A stretch of 64,000 bases of DNA, from NCBI RefSeq assembly GCF_964204645.1, contig NC_134031.1, positions 11,720,088 through 11,784,087 of the forward strand. Direction: 5' to 3'. The first letter of the stretch is position 1, and each line of letters opens with the position of its first letter. Positions 37,985 through 50,003 of the stretch are shown here, piece by piece. A model generated the notes under the pieces. The model saw nothing but the letters and a program-made list of their open reading frames with translations, made no database searches and had not been told where the DNA came from. This DNA is from Tubulanus polymorphus (Eukaryota > Animalia > Nemertea). Made by a program: the position numbers and the translations under genes.

Positions 37985-39029
37985 TTACGCTTTGAATATT
38001 TGTTGTTCACTTCCTTAGTTACGTCAGCCAACTGGTTTGTGCTCCATCGTGACAAAACACGTTCACCCATGAAACATACTTCGGGAGGCGGCATACGAAT
38101 GACTTTCTTCACAGACACCCAAGATTGGTCAGGATTTCTGGCCATATGAACGATCTTGAATCTAAAAAATATCAATGATTGTGCTTATAATAAAGCAACC
38201 TTGGATGATTCCTAGTCCAATACTATGACTTGGACCCAGGTTTAGTTTGCCTACAATAACATGTCAGACACTGAGTTAAAGATAAAAATCTGACTGTTCG
38301 AAAGATAATGTGCAACTGTACCTGTGGCTTGACGCATAAAATCGACTTCGATTTCGCTCGTGTCAATGGAAAGTACTTTTGCGGCATACCACTTTGACTT
38401 GCCACATTTGATTGCCACATAGTCTCCTATACAAATGGCCTGAAAAACAACAAGTTTGCTTCTTTATGACAGTTTTGATTGGAAACATACTTCGTACATT
38501 GAATGCAATCATAGGTTAGATTTGCATGCATAATGATGCCGGTATTCAAATGTCGGCATAATATGTCTCACAAACTCTTATGGATTAGAAGTTTGAATCC
38601 CCTTTATTGCATGATATTATTACGACCATCAAAGATTCAAATTCATTATTGCCTACCCCTCTATCATTTTCAACGAATCGCTCTCTTTCAGGTAATGTGT
38701 TGGCATACAAACTTCCATCCCTAAATATACTGGTATCTAAACAGATGTTCTCATTCCTGCAATAAAAATCGAGATTTAAATAAATGGAGTTGGCGTTGCA
38801 CAGTTGAAACATACAATCATTTCATAAGAAAACTTAGCCACTATGCAATACTGGATGACAGTTCACTTACTTCTTGGATGTTGGTGATGATGTATTATCC
38901 AAGTTGATCTCATCTAGAGTGCTATCATTCTCCAGTGCCACTGTACTGTCAAGGAAGTTACCAAGTTCTTCAGTAGTATCTAAACTGCCACCTAGTTGCT
39001 GCGTGCTATCAAAACTCAGATTTTCACCG
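37985..39029 (-). CDS. Predicted 3' exons of the Sola transposase (about 38871-39029, 38625-38756, 38322-38439, 37985-38161), including a Tudor-like domain
   Basis: Canonical AG/GT sites; IGDYVAIKCGKSKWYAAKVLSIDTSEIEVDFM and FIWPE..PDQSWV; last exon appears frameshifted. Confidence 0.55.
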
Positions 39030-39072
39030 CTAGAAATAAAATGTTTTTAAGTCAAATACAAATAGATACCCG

Positions 39073-39170
39073 GGACCAAGTTCCACAGTTCTGAGTTGAA
39101 TTTAGCTTAGGGACTTAAACATGGAAATGGGGTTGATTCTAACTCCAACTCACACCTGTGGAACTGGAAT
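39073..39170. mobile_element. MITE related to 24845-24952, in a Sola intron
   Basis: AGTTCCACAGTTCTGAGTT...AACTCAC..CTGTGGAACT. Confidence 0.7.
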
Positions 39171-39193
39171 CTGGACTACACTTTTCAACTTAC

Positions 39194-42097
39194 ATTTCAT
39201 CCAGGAACTCAAGGCAGTCACTTGCCAACAGGTTACTGATATCACCACTTCCACTCATATCTATGACCTCGACTGTATCTTGCATTTTGTGAGTTTTAAC
39301 CAAAACTGTGAAATGGTTTGGTTTCCAATTATTCGTAATCGCGCTTTTGCTGGTGTGTGTCCACATAATATACGCTGGTGGCTTATTTTCAGTGTCAGGT
39401 ATCCTTGGGTATATAATTTTGTGAAAGTCTTCACGCATGACCGAATCATCATATTTCACCTTCGGGTAAACTGAAACAACGGAACGTTTCAACACAGTTG
39501 CGAGCGCAGCCAAATGCCAGAGACTGCACCAAGTACCAGGAGAAACTGTCTCAACACACTCTTCTTGCAACCATTTTTTTAGATCACTTCGCTTTAATTT
39601 CTTCATGGTTGTTTCACACTTATCTACATAGAAGTCAAGATTCAATACAAGCTCACGAATAATGTGTGATCGAATATCATCGTGGTAATCCTGATTTCCG
39701 TACAAAACTAACGACCCACATCGTGGGAGACAGTTTCCATCCCCATAAATTCGTACCGGATAGAGTAATTGACCTTCTTCCCCTGGAATGTCATCCGGTT
39801 TCAGCTTTAAACTTATTTTGTCAACTTCCAGTTTATGAGTTGCAATGTATACAGGTGTAGTATAATCTGGTACTTCCTTGATGCGGATTTTTGTCATCTT
39901 GTTTTTCAGAGAGGAGAAGGGTTTACACTTCGTCACTTCTACGCCGGTTTCCTTGGATCTTTTCTTTGAATTAGTTCCAAATGATTTATATGTTTTGTGT
40001 TCCTTCCAACTTTCGTCAACATACTTGATGTTTTCACAGATCTTCTCTGCTCCAGAGGTACGGCAGTATGAGCAGGTCAAGTTTTTTGTTGCCACATTTC
40101 TACAACCTAATGACCGAACTGCATGAAGTTTTCTAGTGCCCTTTACAGTTTGGGGGTCTTGCAATTTCTCTGGTCTTGGAATATTTTTCACATAGAAAAA
40201 TACACGCTTGCGGTGTTCACAGTTTTTCGATACACCAGAGTCATTTGTCAAGTTTTCTTTACCAAATTTGTACAATCCTTCCGCATCGCGAATGATACCA
40301 TTTCTACTTTTCACAAAACGATCAACTGCATTTTTAATGACACCGCCTGCAGAGTCACAAAGACTTTTTCCGTGCCGTGAGCCAAAAAAGCATCTATCTA
40401 GTGTGTAATCTTTCACATCTGACATTAAGTAGAATAGGTTTTTCCCTTTATATTGATTCGCACATCCATCTGAAAAATGGACTTCGTGTTCTATTTTAAC
40501 ACCACGTGTTTTTAGATGATCATGTACCTTTCTTGTAAACCAATCAACGGCATATTCATCATGTTTCAAGTCATCTGATACAAAGAAAATATTTTCTTCT
40601 ACAAAATCTTGGCAGTTTGGACACCTATAGACAGCAACAGTTGGATGCAGCGTTGCCTGTTTATATTGGTAATACACTGATTGTATTTCATCTTGGTATG
40701 TTGTCCTATAGTTTTGGCTGAAATCCTGCACAGTCAACACCCATCCTGGTGGTAGGTTTTCTTTCAACAATTTATACTGATCGTTTTGCCATCTGGCATT
40801 GAACAGATGTTCAGCGAATGGTACCAATTCCACCAACAATTCTTCAATGCACTCATTCAATGATCCATTTTTCTCCATCAAAACCTTCACCTTCTTATCT
40901 TTATCATCCTTGGTTTTTTCATTACCATCCACCCATTTTTTCCATTGAAGGGGCAGCTTTCCATCCAGTTTTCTTTCATTCAAGATACTTCTTGTAAGCT
41001 TAGGACCGCACTTGTTACAGGTCCGCTTAATGCATGCAGGTTCATGATATGCCGAGGTCCTTATTTTAGGACACATACTGGTATTGACCAATTGAAACTT
41101 GTTACCAACATCAGCTGTTTTTACTCCTTTTCTGTGAGCTAAATTATTGATGGCATCTAATTTGAACTCAATGTTGATGCAGTATTCACACAAACAGCGA
41201 TTATATTTGTTCCTATCCATAGTCAGGCATTCTTTAGGACGAAGCTTCGCGAATGTTGACAATCCTACTTTAAAATCCCCGAATTCTGAATGGATCATCT
41301 TAATCGGGGCACTCAGAACACATTTCTGAATACCATTTCGGGAGACGGTTTTCTTAGTTGGCAAAATCGTCGATTTTTCTAAGTAGTACTTTCTGATCAA
41401 ATTTCGTTTTTCTTCGGACAATTTGTCACATCGATAAGGTTTCTCTTCTAATAGTGAGGCATACTTCCAGTGCTGATATGATATGTCAAGTTTGGCTCTA
41501 GCTGCGCAACTGTTTTTATACTTTCCACACACAAGTGTTACTAATGTTCTGTATTTGCTGTACTTCTTTGATACCTTATGTGCTCTTAAATTTTTCTTGA
41601 TATTATTGACAATTTCTTTTTCAGTGTCAACTGTGGAACTTGATTCAGACTTAACAGGTTCTTTTTTCGATTCATTTTGTGTTTTCTTCAATTGGTTATT
41701 CATTCTTCTTTTTTCGAGTTCACGTCGTTTCGATTGTGGAGTTTGTTTCTCTCGAAGTCTTTTTTTGGACTCCCGCCAAGATTTTCTCAAATTCTCACGA
41801 GCCATTCTTGTTGTAACTGGCCGCCCATTATTTTCTTTCAATCTTTGCCGATAATCTTGCATTCTTAATTTGCTCTTTTCTGCGAGCTCTTTTTTTTTCT
41901 CACTGGAAATTTGTTGGCGGTAATGGCGTTTACGTTCGGCATCTTTTCGTAAAAATTCTTTATAAGCCTCCTTATCTTCTTTTCGTCTTTCTTTCTCTAA
42001 GAGGTAGTACATCTGTCTCTTCTCTTGACGGCTCTTCGGTCTTTCAGGGCTGAATTGACGAACTCTTAATTTATATCGTACGGATCTCTTATTTTCT
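39194..42097 (-). CDS. Main exon of Sola2-like DDD transposase fused to a vertnin-like OTU protease domain
   Basis: Open 975-aa frame: CLCEYC, QDFSQNY..QDEIQS, SDDLKHD, FSDGCANQYK, SRHGKSLCD..GG; then GDGNCLPR..W.SLWHL.AL..SVYP..IMWT..PNHF; bounded by TTTTTCAG acceptor and GTAAGT donor. Confidence 0.85.
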
Positions 42098-42168
42098 CTG
42101 AAAAAGTTAAGACACATTGAGTCAATGAGATGAAAAGAGATATGGTTCCATTGCAGCGGATATTATAT

Positions 42169-42811
42169 CCTAGTTGTCTACCAAGTTTGGAAAAAATCGG
42201 CCATCAATTGCGGCCTCTAGGCCGTTAATGTCCATTTTCATATCGGCCCCCGTGGTGGCCATAATTTGAATCGAAGCAACCCAATTTTAAATAGGGTTCT
42301 GCCCCATGTGATACCCTAGTTGTCTACCAAGTTTGAAAAAAATCGGCCATGAATTGCGGCCTCTAGGCCGTTAACGTCCATTTTCATATCGGCCCCCTGG
42401 TGGCCATAATTTGAATCGAATCGACCCAATTTTAAATAGGGTTCTGCCCCATGTGATACCCTAGTTGTCTACCAAGTTTGAAAAAAATGGTCAACAATTG
42501 CGGCCTCTAGGCCGTTAACGTCCATTTTCATATCGGCCCCAATGGTGGCCATAATTTGAATCGAAGCGACCCAATTTTAAATAGGGTTCTGCCCCATGTG
42601 ATACCCTAGTTGTCTACCAAGTTTGAAAAAAACTGGCCATCAATTGCGGCCTCTAGGCCGTTAACGTCCATTTTCATGTCGGCCCCCCTGGTGGCCATAA
42701 TTTGAATCGAATCGACCCAATTTTAAATAGGGTTCTGCCCCAGGTGATACCCTAGTTGTCTACCAAGTTTGAAAAAAATCGGCCATCAATTGCGGCCTCT
42801 AGGCCGTTAAC
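42169..42811. repeat. ~146-bp tandem repeat, about 4.4 copies, inside the Sola element
   Basis: CCTAGTTGTCTACCAAGTTTG at 42169, 42315, 42460, 42605 and 42751. Confidence 0.95.
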
Positions 42812-44357
42812 ATCACTTGCTTCTATACCGCAAATCAGTAAACATTTGGTTCGTTACAGATTATTCTTTATAAGTTCAGGATGCACGAAGACACAAAAAT
42901 TTAGCGTCTTTGTTACATCCTTGCTATTGTTGCCATAAAATCACCCAAAAAAATATCTAGGTCTGTTGTGACGAGTATAATGCCATGCAGATTCTCATTT
43001 ATGGTCTAAATCAAAGGTCTAAATAGCATTCTCTGGGCGAATCTTATAGTTTCCAACAAGGACGTAACAGTGACTCTAAATTTTGAAAAGGAATTTCTTC
43101 ATTATTAGTGTCTTTGTTACATCCAATGCATTGAGAATTAGGCCTAGGCAATGCAAATATGGAAATATGTTCCAAATTGAAATTGAGCAACTCATTAGTG
43201 ATTTTCTTCAAATCAAAGGCAGTAACCTGTAAAAATACCTTCCAGTTGTTAGCAGAAGTTATTTTTACAACTGGACGTAAATAGGACACGACCCGAAATA
43301 ACAGTAAAAGCAGCGCCGTCTCATTTCAAGCGCTTGTTGCTGACGCTAGTTGACGTGAAATAACTCAATTTATTTGCCCCCTGCTACTTTATGAGAGAAA
43401 GTTTCATGGTACGAGTCATTTCTAGGTATGCAGGCAATAATAAATACTCATTTCAATACTAAACGAACCATACATACAATTTGTCAAGGACGTAACTAAA
43501 GTTTTTTTTATACGTACTTTCCATCGACCGCGACATCGTCTGCCATCTTGAAACAAACTCAGTTTGGGGTGGCGCTACTGTACGGATACATTGTAGAGGC
43601 TAATCTTGCGCGGTGTAAGGTATCGTCTGCCGGCTTATAGCTCCATACGTAAACAACTTTTTTATTTCGGAACGCACGTTTTTTGACACCAAAATAATTC
43701 TTCAACGATTTATATGCAGAATAAAGAAAGATCCTCTGAACAATGCAAATATTATCTACGATTGATGATTCTGGAAGGTCAAGCTTATTTTAGCGGCAAA
43801 ATTTTAAGTACTATCCGGAATCGTTCTTATTTATAGGAATTTTCCTGGACGTAACAAATAGGACTCCATATGTTACGTCCGGATCAAATTTGTTTCGCCA
43901 TCAATTCCACATTTTATTATTTTAACAATTGTACTACATACGTCTTAATAAAAAGCAAAAGTTATAGCAATTTTCAATGGAGTAAAGATATCAGTCTTGT
44001 GTGCAACCCAAAGTATGAAAAAATATCGATGATTTTATCTGCTAAAAAAAGACACCAAAAATTTTTGAAATGAAATTAGGACAAACTACTTTTAAAAAGT
44101 GTTCATTTAATTGTATTCAGTAGTCATCACTTCAAATTCTTGCTGTTGTATGGCCATTCCTCGCACCTTCTCTTGAGATATTTTACAAGAGTGATCCTAC
44201 AATATAAATGGGTTGAATTTAGAATTGTTCAGGACGTAATGAAATTTTAGGACATCATATTTTGACTCATATCCTTAAAAAACAAATTATGCCTAAAAGA
44301 CAAATTTATTTTTTGTCTTTCTTTTCTATAAAATCAAAGAGTTACGAATGCACCAGA

Positions 44358-46399
44358 ATGTTTTATAATTGCAAATGGTAAAAAAACCTTAAAATTCTAT
44401 ATTAGGACTGGCAGTATATTAGTATTAATGGATTTAATCTATGATGATGTTATATAAATCAATAGTTTTCCGATTGGATATTGATATTTTGTTAAGCGTA
44501 ATATAATTAAGGGGATTCTTAGCAACTCAAAAATTTTGATTTTGTATTCACAGAACTGTATTCAAAGCATAGAGAGTTCTGTATACAAAGCATATAGGCC
44601 TAGGGTTTAACAGTTATTTTAAACCTGTCACGTATCACTGCAAATCTTTAACAGATGCTGCTATTTTGAACAGAAAATTACCATGCCATCTCAAAATGGT
44701 CACTTTTCAATTGTTGACTTTTAGAAACGATGTGTTTTGAGAGTAGCTGTTATAGGAGGAGTTACTATCACAAAGTCACTGTTTACAGGCGGGTGGTTTT
44801 ACAGTCACCTCTACTGCTAGTGTGCACTATCGAAACCAGATGTTTTATAATGGTCACTTTTCAATAGTAGACTCTTCGAAACAGCCACTATAGAAAACCA
44901 ACCGAATTGAAAGGAATACAATTTCAGAGTGACTGTTTGGAAATGTACACTACTGGAAAAGTAGCTGATATCGTTAATTGCTTATTGTTCTCAAGTGGCT
45001 AAGTAAAAGTAGACATATGGGCTCAAAAGTGCGATAGATATGTTCTTGGATTCAGCCTTTCATCTATGCTTTATTGAATGATATTAACTTTCACCCAGGG
45101 GATGACTCAATTCATTTAAATCAATTTTCAACTGAGTTGCAGGGTTATAGTTAATACCAGTCTATAAATCCCCACTAATAAGAGGTTTTTAATATTCCAA
45201 AAAAGTGGCAGATATTCTGTCTTAAACCTCAGCTCCAAAATATTTTTAGGCCAGCCGTAGGCTGAGCCTATTACTATACAAATGGAGCGAATTTAAATGA
45301 CATGGTTCCCAGAGTAAAGGCTCTTTGACCGTGCAACTGAGCAACTTTTCATGCAAATCATTCACTAGTGCATTATCCATGTTTTATAATTGCAAATGGT
45401 AAAAAAACCTTAAAATTCTATATTAGGACTGGCAGTATATTAGTATTAATGGATTTAATCTATGATGATGTTATATAAATCAATAGTTTTCCGATTGGAT
45501 ATTGATATTTTGTTAAGCGTAATATAATTAAGGGGATTCTTAGCAACTCAAAAATTTTGATTTTGTATTCACAGAACTGTATTCAAAGCATAGAGAGTTC
45601 TGTATACAAAGCATATAGGCCTAGGGTTTAACAGTTATTTTAAACCTGTCACGTATCACTGCAAATCTTTAACAGATGCTGCTATTTTGAACAGAAAATT
45701 ACCATGCCATCTCAAAATGGTCACTTTTCAATTGTTGACTTTTAGAAACGATGTGTTTTGAGAGTAGCTGTTATAGGAGGAGTTACTATCACAAAGTCAC
45801 TGTTTACAGGCGGGTGGTTTTACAGTCACCTCTACTGCTAGTGTGCACTATCGAAACCAGATGTTTTATAATGGTCACTTTTCAATAGTAGACTCTTCGA
45901 AACAGCCACTATAGAAAACCAACCGAATTGAAAGGAATACAATTTCAGAGTGACTGTTTGGAAATGTACACTACTGGAAAAGTAGCTGATATCGTTAATT
46001 GCTTATTGTTCTCAAGTGGCTAAGTAAAAGTAGACATATGGGCTCAAAAGTGCGATAGATATGTTCTTGGATTCAGCCTTTCATCTATGCTTTATTGAAT
46101 GATATTAACTTTCACCCAGGGGATGACTCAATTCATTTAAATCAATTTTCAACTGAGTTGCAGGGTTATAGTTAATACCAGTCTATAAATCCCCACTAAT
46201 AAGAGGTTTTTAATATTCCAAAAAAGTGGCAGATATTCTGTCTTAAACCTCAGCTCCAAAATATTTTTAGGCCAGCCGTAGGCTGAGCCTATTACTATAC
46301 AAATGGAGCGAATTTAAATGACATGGTTCCCAGAGTAAAGGCTCTTTGACCGTGCAACTGAGCAACTTTTCATGCAAATCATTCACTAGTGCATTATCC
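44358..46399. repeat. 1021-bp tandem duplication (44358-45378 / 45379-46399)
   Basis: Copies appear identical by eye; 2-bp AT microhomology at the junction. Confidence 0.95.
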
Positions 46400-47130
46400 A
46401 TTCTCAAGCACCTATGAAGCTGAATTTTGAAAGAGGGCCTCCAAAAAATCCAATTCAATTTTTTTTTATTGGGCAAATTTCAGAAAATTCTATTCTATTC
46501 CGCATTCAAATCAATAAGACGAAGGGAAAAGATTTATCTGTGGTATTTGTTCCTGCCAGCTCGAGTCGCTGTCCATGACTGTGCTACTTATGAAAACACG
46601 ATTGAATTGTGTAAATTATTAGCCTGGGATTGACTAGTCTATGAGCTGGGAGTGTAGGGCAATTTTAACCCACAGAATGCATAATTTGCCATTTTATGCA
46701 AAGCTGACAGGCTGGCCATAGTGTCCCTTGGGGCTCTTGTTAGTAGTAACCATAACTGACCATGTTTGCTACTGTTTCTTCCCAGTCACTACTATGAGTC
46801 ACTACTATCTCATTGGCAATAGAGCTGTCACATAGATATTGTTCACAATTCAGCAATGAGCATAGAGAATGAATTTTGAATGAGTTGGAATGGCTATAAT
46901 GGATCAGCAGAAACTATAACATATTTTCTAGTCAGCAGTGAATGTGTTAACACATGTTTTTGGGTTTAGATACTGGGTCAGTGCTTTCGTTTTGGATTCT
47001 TAGCTTTTTAGCCTGTTTAATTAATGAGCCCTTTAATCTCATTTTAGGTAACCAGTTTGATCGTGTTGTTCTAGTAATTAGACTATCCTTATAACGTGGA
47101 TAATTTTGCTGCTTAAGGCTGAGGACGGGT

Positions 47131-47406
47131 ATGATATCTAAAAGGATTTTTGCTTCATTGCCATTTTTAAGAAATCCTTCAAATTGGAAGGTATTTGGTT
47201 TGAATTCACAAATCAAAAGGAATGTATCGCAATCTAAAATTCCGAAAATATCCATAAATTCAAAAGTATCCAGAATTTGCGCAATGATGGGTGGAGGGCT
47301 TGCCCTCGGTTATGGAGTTGTCTACTGTTCTAAGAAAGTAATTCAGAGCAAATCAACATTGTTAGCAGATTCAATTGAGAGACCAAAATTCAAGATTTCA
47401 CGTGAG
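47131..47406 (+). CDS. Possible first coding exon of a host gene (mitochondrial-presequence-like N-terminus plus TM helix)
   Basis: Basic, acid-free first ~50 aa, then ICAMMGGGLALGYGVVYC; ends at GAG|GTAAAT donor; no downstream exon identified. Confidence 0.4.
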
Positions 47407-47466
47407 GTAAATTCATACTTTTAATAACTGTCTTAACCTGGGATCGCAATTGACTTTGTTTGCCTA

Positions 47467-48058
47467 TTTTTAGCCTACAGCAGGCTATTGCGTTCATTTC
47501 CCTTGGTCCGTCCTTTTGTCTGTAGACGGAATCCAGTTATTTTGGTAAGTTTTGAAGACGCTAACCAATACATATTTTGTTACCACAATCAATTGCAAAG
47601 TTGTAGCTCATGACATTGTCTATGATTCTGGTTAGTTTTAAGGAAATATGTTATTCTATATGGTCACCAGGGGGGGTTGAATAGTAGAATAACCTAGTAT
47701 TTCCTTATTATATTGGTACCTAGGCATATATTGTTACCATGATTGCAATGTTGTAGTTCATGACATGTTCTATGATTGTGGGGAGTTTCAAGGATATTGG
47801 GTTTTGAATATGGTCACCAGGGGGCGGTGAATAGTAGAATAACTTAGTATTTCCATATTTAATTCGTAACAAGGCATATTTTGTTATCATCATCAATTAC
47901 AAAATCGTAGCTGCTGACATGTACTTTGATTGTGGTGAGTTTCAAGGTCATTGGTATTTGTATATGGTCACCGGGGGGCGTTGAATATTTAAATCTTTAG
48001 ATTGTTGAGCATTTGAAACCACTTCCCAAGTGGGCATAGTGTCCCTGGACCCCTAGTT
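47467..48058 (+). mobile_element. Helentron/HINE-like non-autonomous element with degenerate internal tandem repeats
   Basis: Starts in a T-run with hairpin TAGCCT..AGGCTA and GTCC/GTCT motifs; three TATGGTCACC(A)GGGGG units; ends CATAGTGTCCCTGGACCCCTAGTT; a similar 3' end occurs at 46717-46741. Confidence 0.55.
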
Positions 48059-50003
48059 ACACATATTTCAAGTTTTCGAGGGAAATTTTGAAGACTCTTT
48101 GATCTTTCATATGTATTTTTGTTCCCATGGGCCCATCAGCGTAAGGAAAATCGGGTCGATCAGACACAAGCTGGCCATCCTGTGACCTTTTCAGGGGAGG
48201 CTCTAGGGGGTGAATGGTGGCTAGCCACCCCCTCAAATGCCTTTGACATTGGCACTCTAGGTCATGCTTGACTTGGATGATCAGGTATCAAATTCCCCCT
48301 CGTAAAAGCACGCCAGTTTTTCATGATAAAGCATGTTAAAGCGGGGGTTTAGAAATCTTTTCACATCGACTTATGTAGCGTTTCTTGTAACTCCCACCAT
48401 TTTGTTGAATTAGAAGATGAAATATGAATGTTACCCAGCCATTCCACTAGGCCGTGTATCCGGTAAACGGTCATTTTCCTGATCAAAATTATCTGACTTT
48501 TTTCCCAATGTGTCAAAAAATTCCCAAAACCAGTACCACGACAAATTGTAAAATATGATGACATATGTTTGAGAAATGACCAGCTAAGCTTCCCCAAATT
48601 ATCTCATTAAAATTATCAACACCTTATCCTGGCCACGGCTCAGCAGGTTGTCATAATTTTCACTGAAACCATCGCTCAAATGCTGTAAAATTCTACCATT
48701 TTTGTGGTCGGGTTGTGAAGCAACGCCAAGATAGCCTTGTAACTTGCTCAGTCAGTCTGAAATTTGTTGCGCTTTCCTGAGTTTGTTAAAAGAAAGAATG
48801 AATTTATTTCTGAAAAAAGAAATTGAAGGAATTCTGTAAAAAAAATTATAATGTTCCCACCTGATGTCATATCGGGATATCTCTTGACTTTTGCACACCG
48901 ATATGGCTGTGGTGACTGGCCTTTCTAAAAAAAGAATTCTTACTATTTGTGATATTCCGCTACTTGTTAAATTGTATATCGTAGGCCTTAAAAAGATTTT
49001 GTTGAAATTTAAATTAACAATGTATATTTGGTTATAATATGAGGCCTGCGCGGCAAGGACAAAAAATCAGCACTTCTCATGCGCGTAAGCAGCTAAGATT
49101 TGTGTGTTCCGAAAACCGGTTCATCATGTTTCACGTGACTAATACAGTTTCCGATCCTCACTTCAAAAGTTAAGAACTAAATGAAATTGATTGTTATCAT
49201 CCGATTTACTCTAATTAAGATTCAGAGAAAGATGAGACAAATTAATAAGCATCTTGTACTGTGCAGAAAATTCCATGTTAATGCGCAGCGTAGTTTGCAA
49301 TATTTACTGCGGAGCTGTGATGATAGCGCCATCGTTTTAGTAACACGTTAAGCTCCCCAAAATCAATGAAGCAGTTGGGCAATTCCAGATGAGAAACTCA
49401 ATTTCAGTAAATCATTAAATTTCACGAAATGCTTCTGAATTGTGATTTTCAAGCAGAAAACATCATAGGCTTTCAGAATTTTAGCACATTAAAGCAGATT
49501 ATAAGGCATTTCATTATTTGTTTCAACATGGCAAGATGGGGTATTTCATGGGAAATTTCATACGACTAATAGCTGACTAATTTGAGCTTGGTTTACTTGT
49601 CAAAACAATCACTCTATATAGAGTTTTCCAAATAATAATTTCTGTAATATAATCACTGGATGTATTTATTTCAATATTCCATTCTCACAAATTAAGTCAC
49701 CGTTAATGGAGAATAAAAAATCCCTATGCCACAATACTGAGTTCTCCCGAAATTCCGTTAACATAAAAACATGGTTTTCTTTCACTGCGAGGCAAGTAAT
49801 CACCAGATTTTTAGGAAAACTAGATTTTTCTTTATTCATACTTATAGGCTACTAAGAACAATGTGTACTTTTAAAGAAAATGCTCTAGTTAGCTTCAGTT
49901 TTTCAATAAGATGGTAACGGAATTATGAAAGTAGTCTGGTAACGGAATTACAAATATACATTCTTTTCAGAAATATGAATTTCTTTGCAAATTATTAAAT
50001 CTA

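Larger units (their letters stand above)
37096..44268 (-). mobile_element. Full-length Sola2-like DNA transposon (7173 bp)
   Basis: TIRs GAGTCAAAATATG.TGTCCTAAAATT; GAG...CTC ends; 4-bp TSD ATAT (37092-37095 and 44269-44272); repeated GGACGTAAC motifs near both ends. Confidence 0.85.

Noticed and set aside
39121-41868. Several plus-strand ORFs
   Set aside because: Antisense shadows of the Sola transposase exon
42169-42811. CRISPR-like array
   Set aside because: Whole 146-bp units repeat with no unique spacers, there are no cas genes and the context is eukaryotic
47131-47424. Naming the possible host exon (e.g. as a PTGES2-like N-terminus)
   Set aside because: Only general architecture fits; no diagnostic domain exon found in the window
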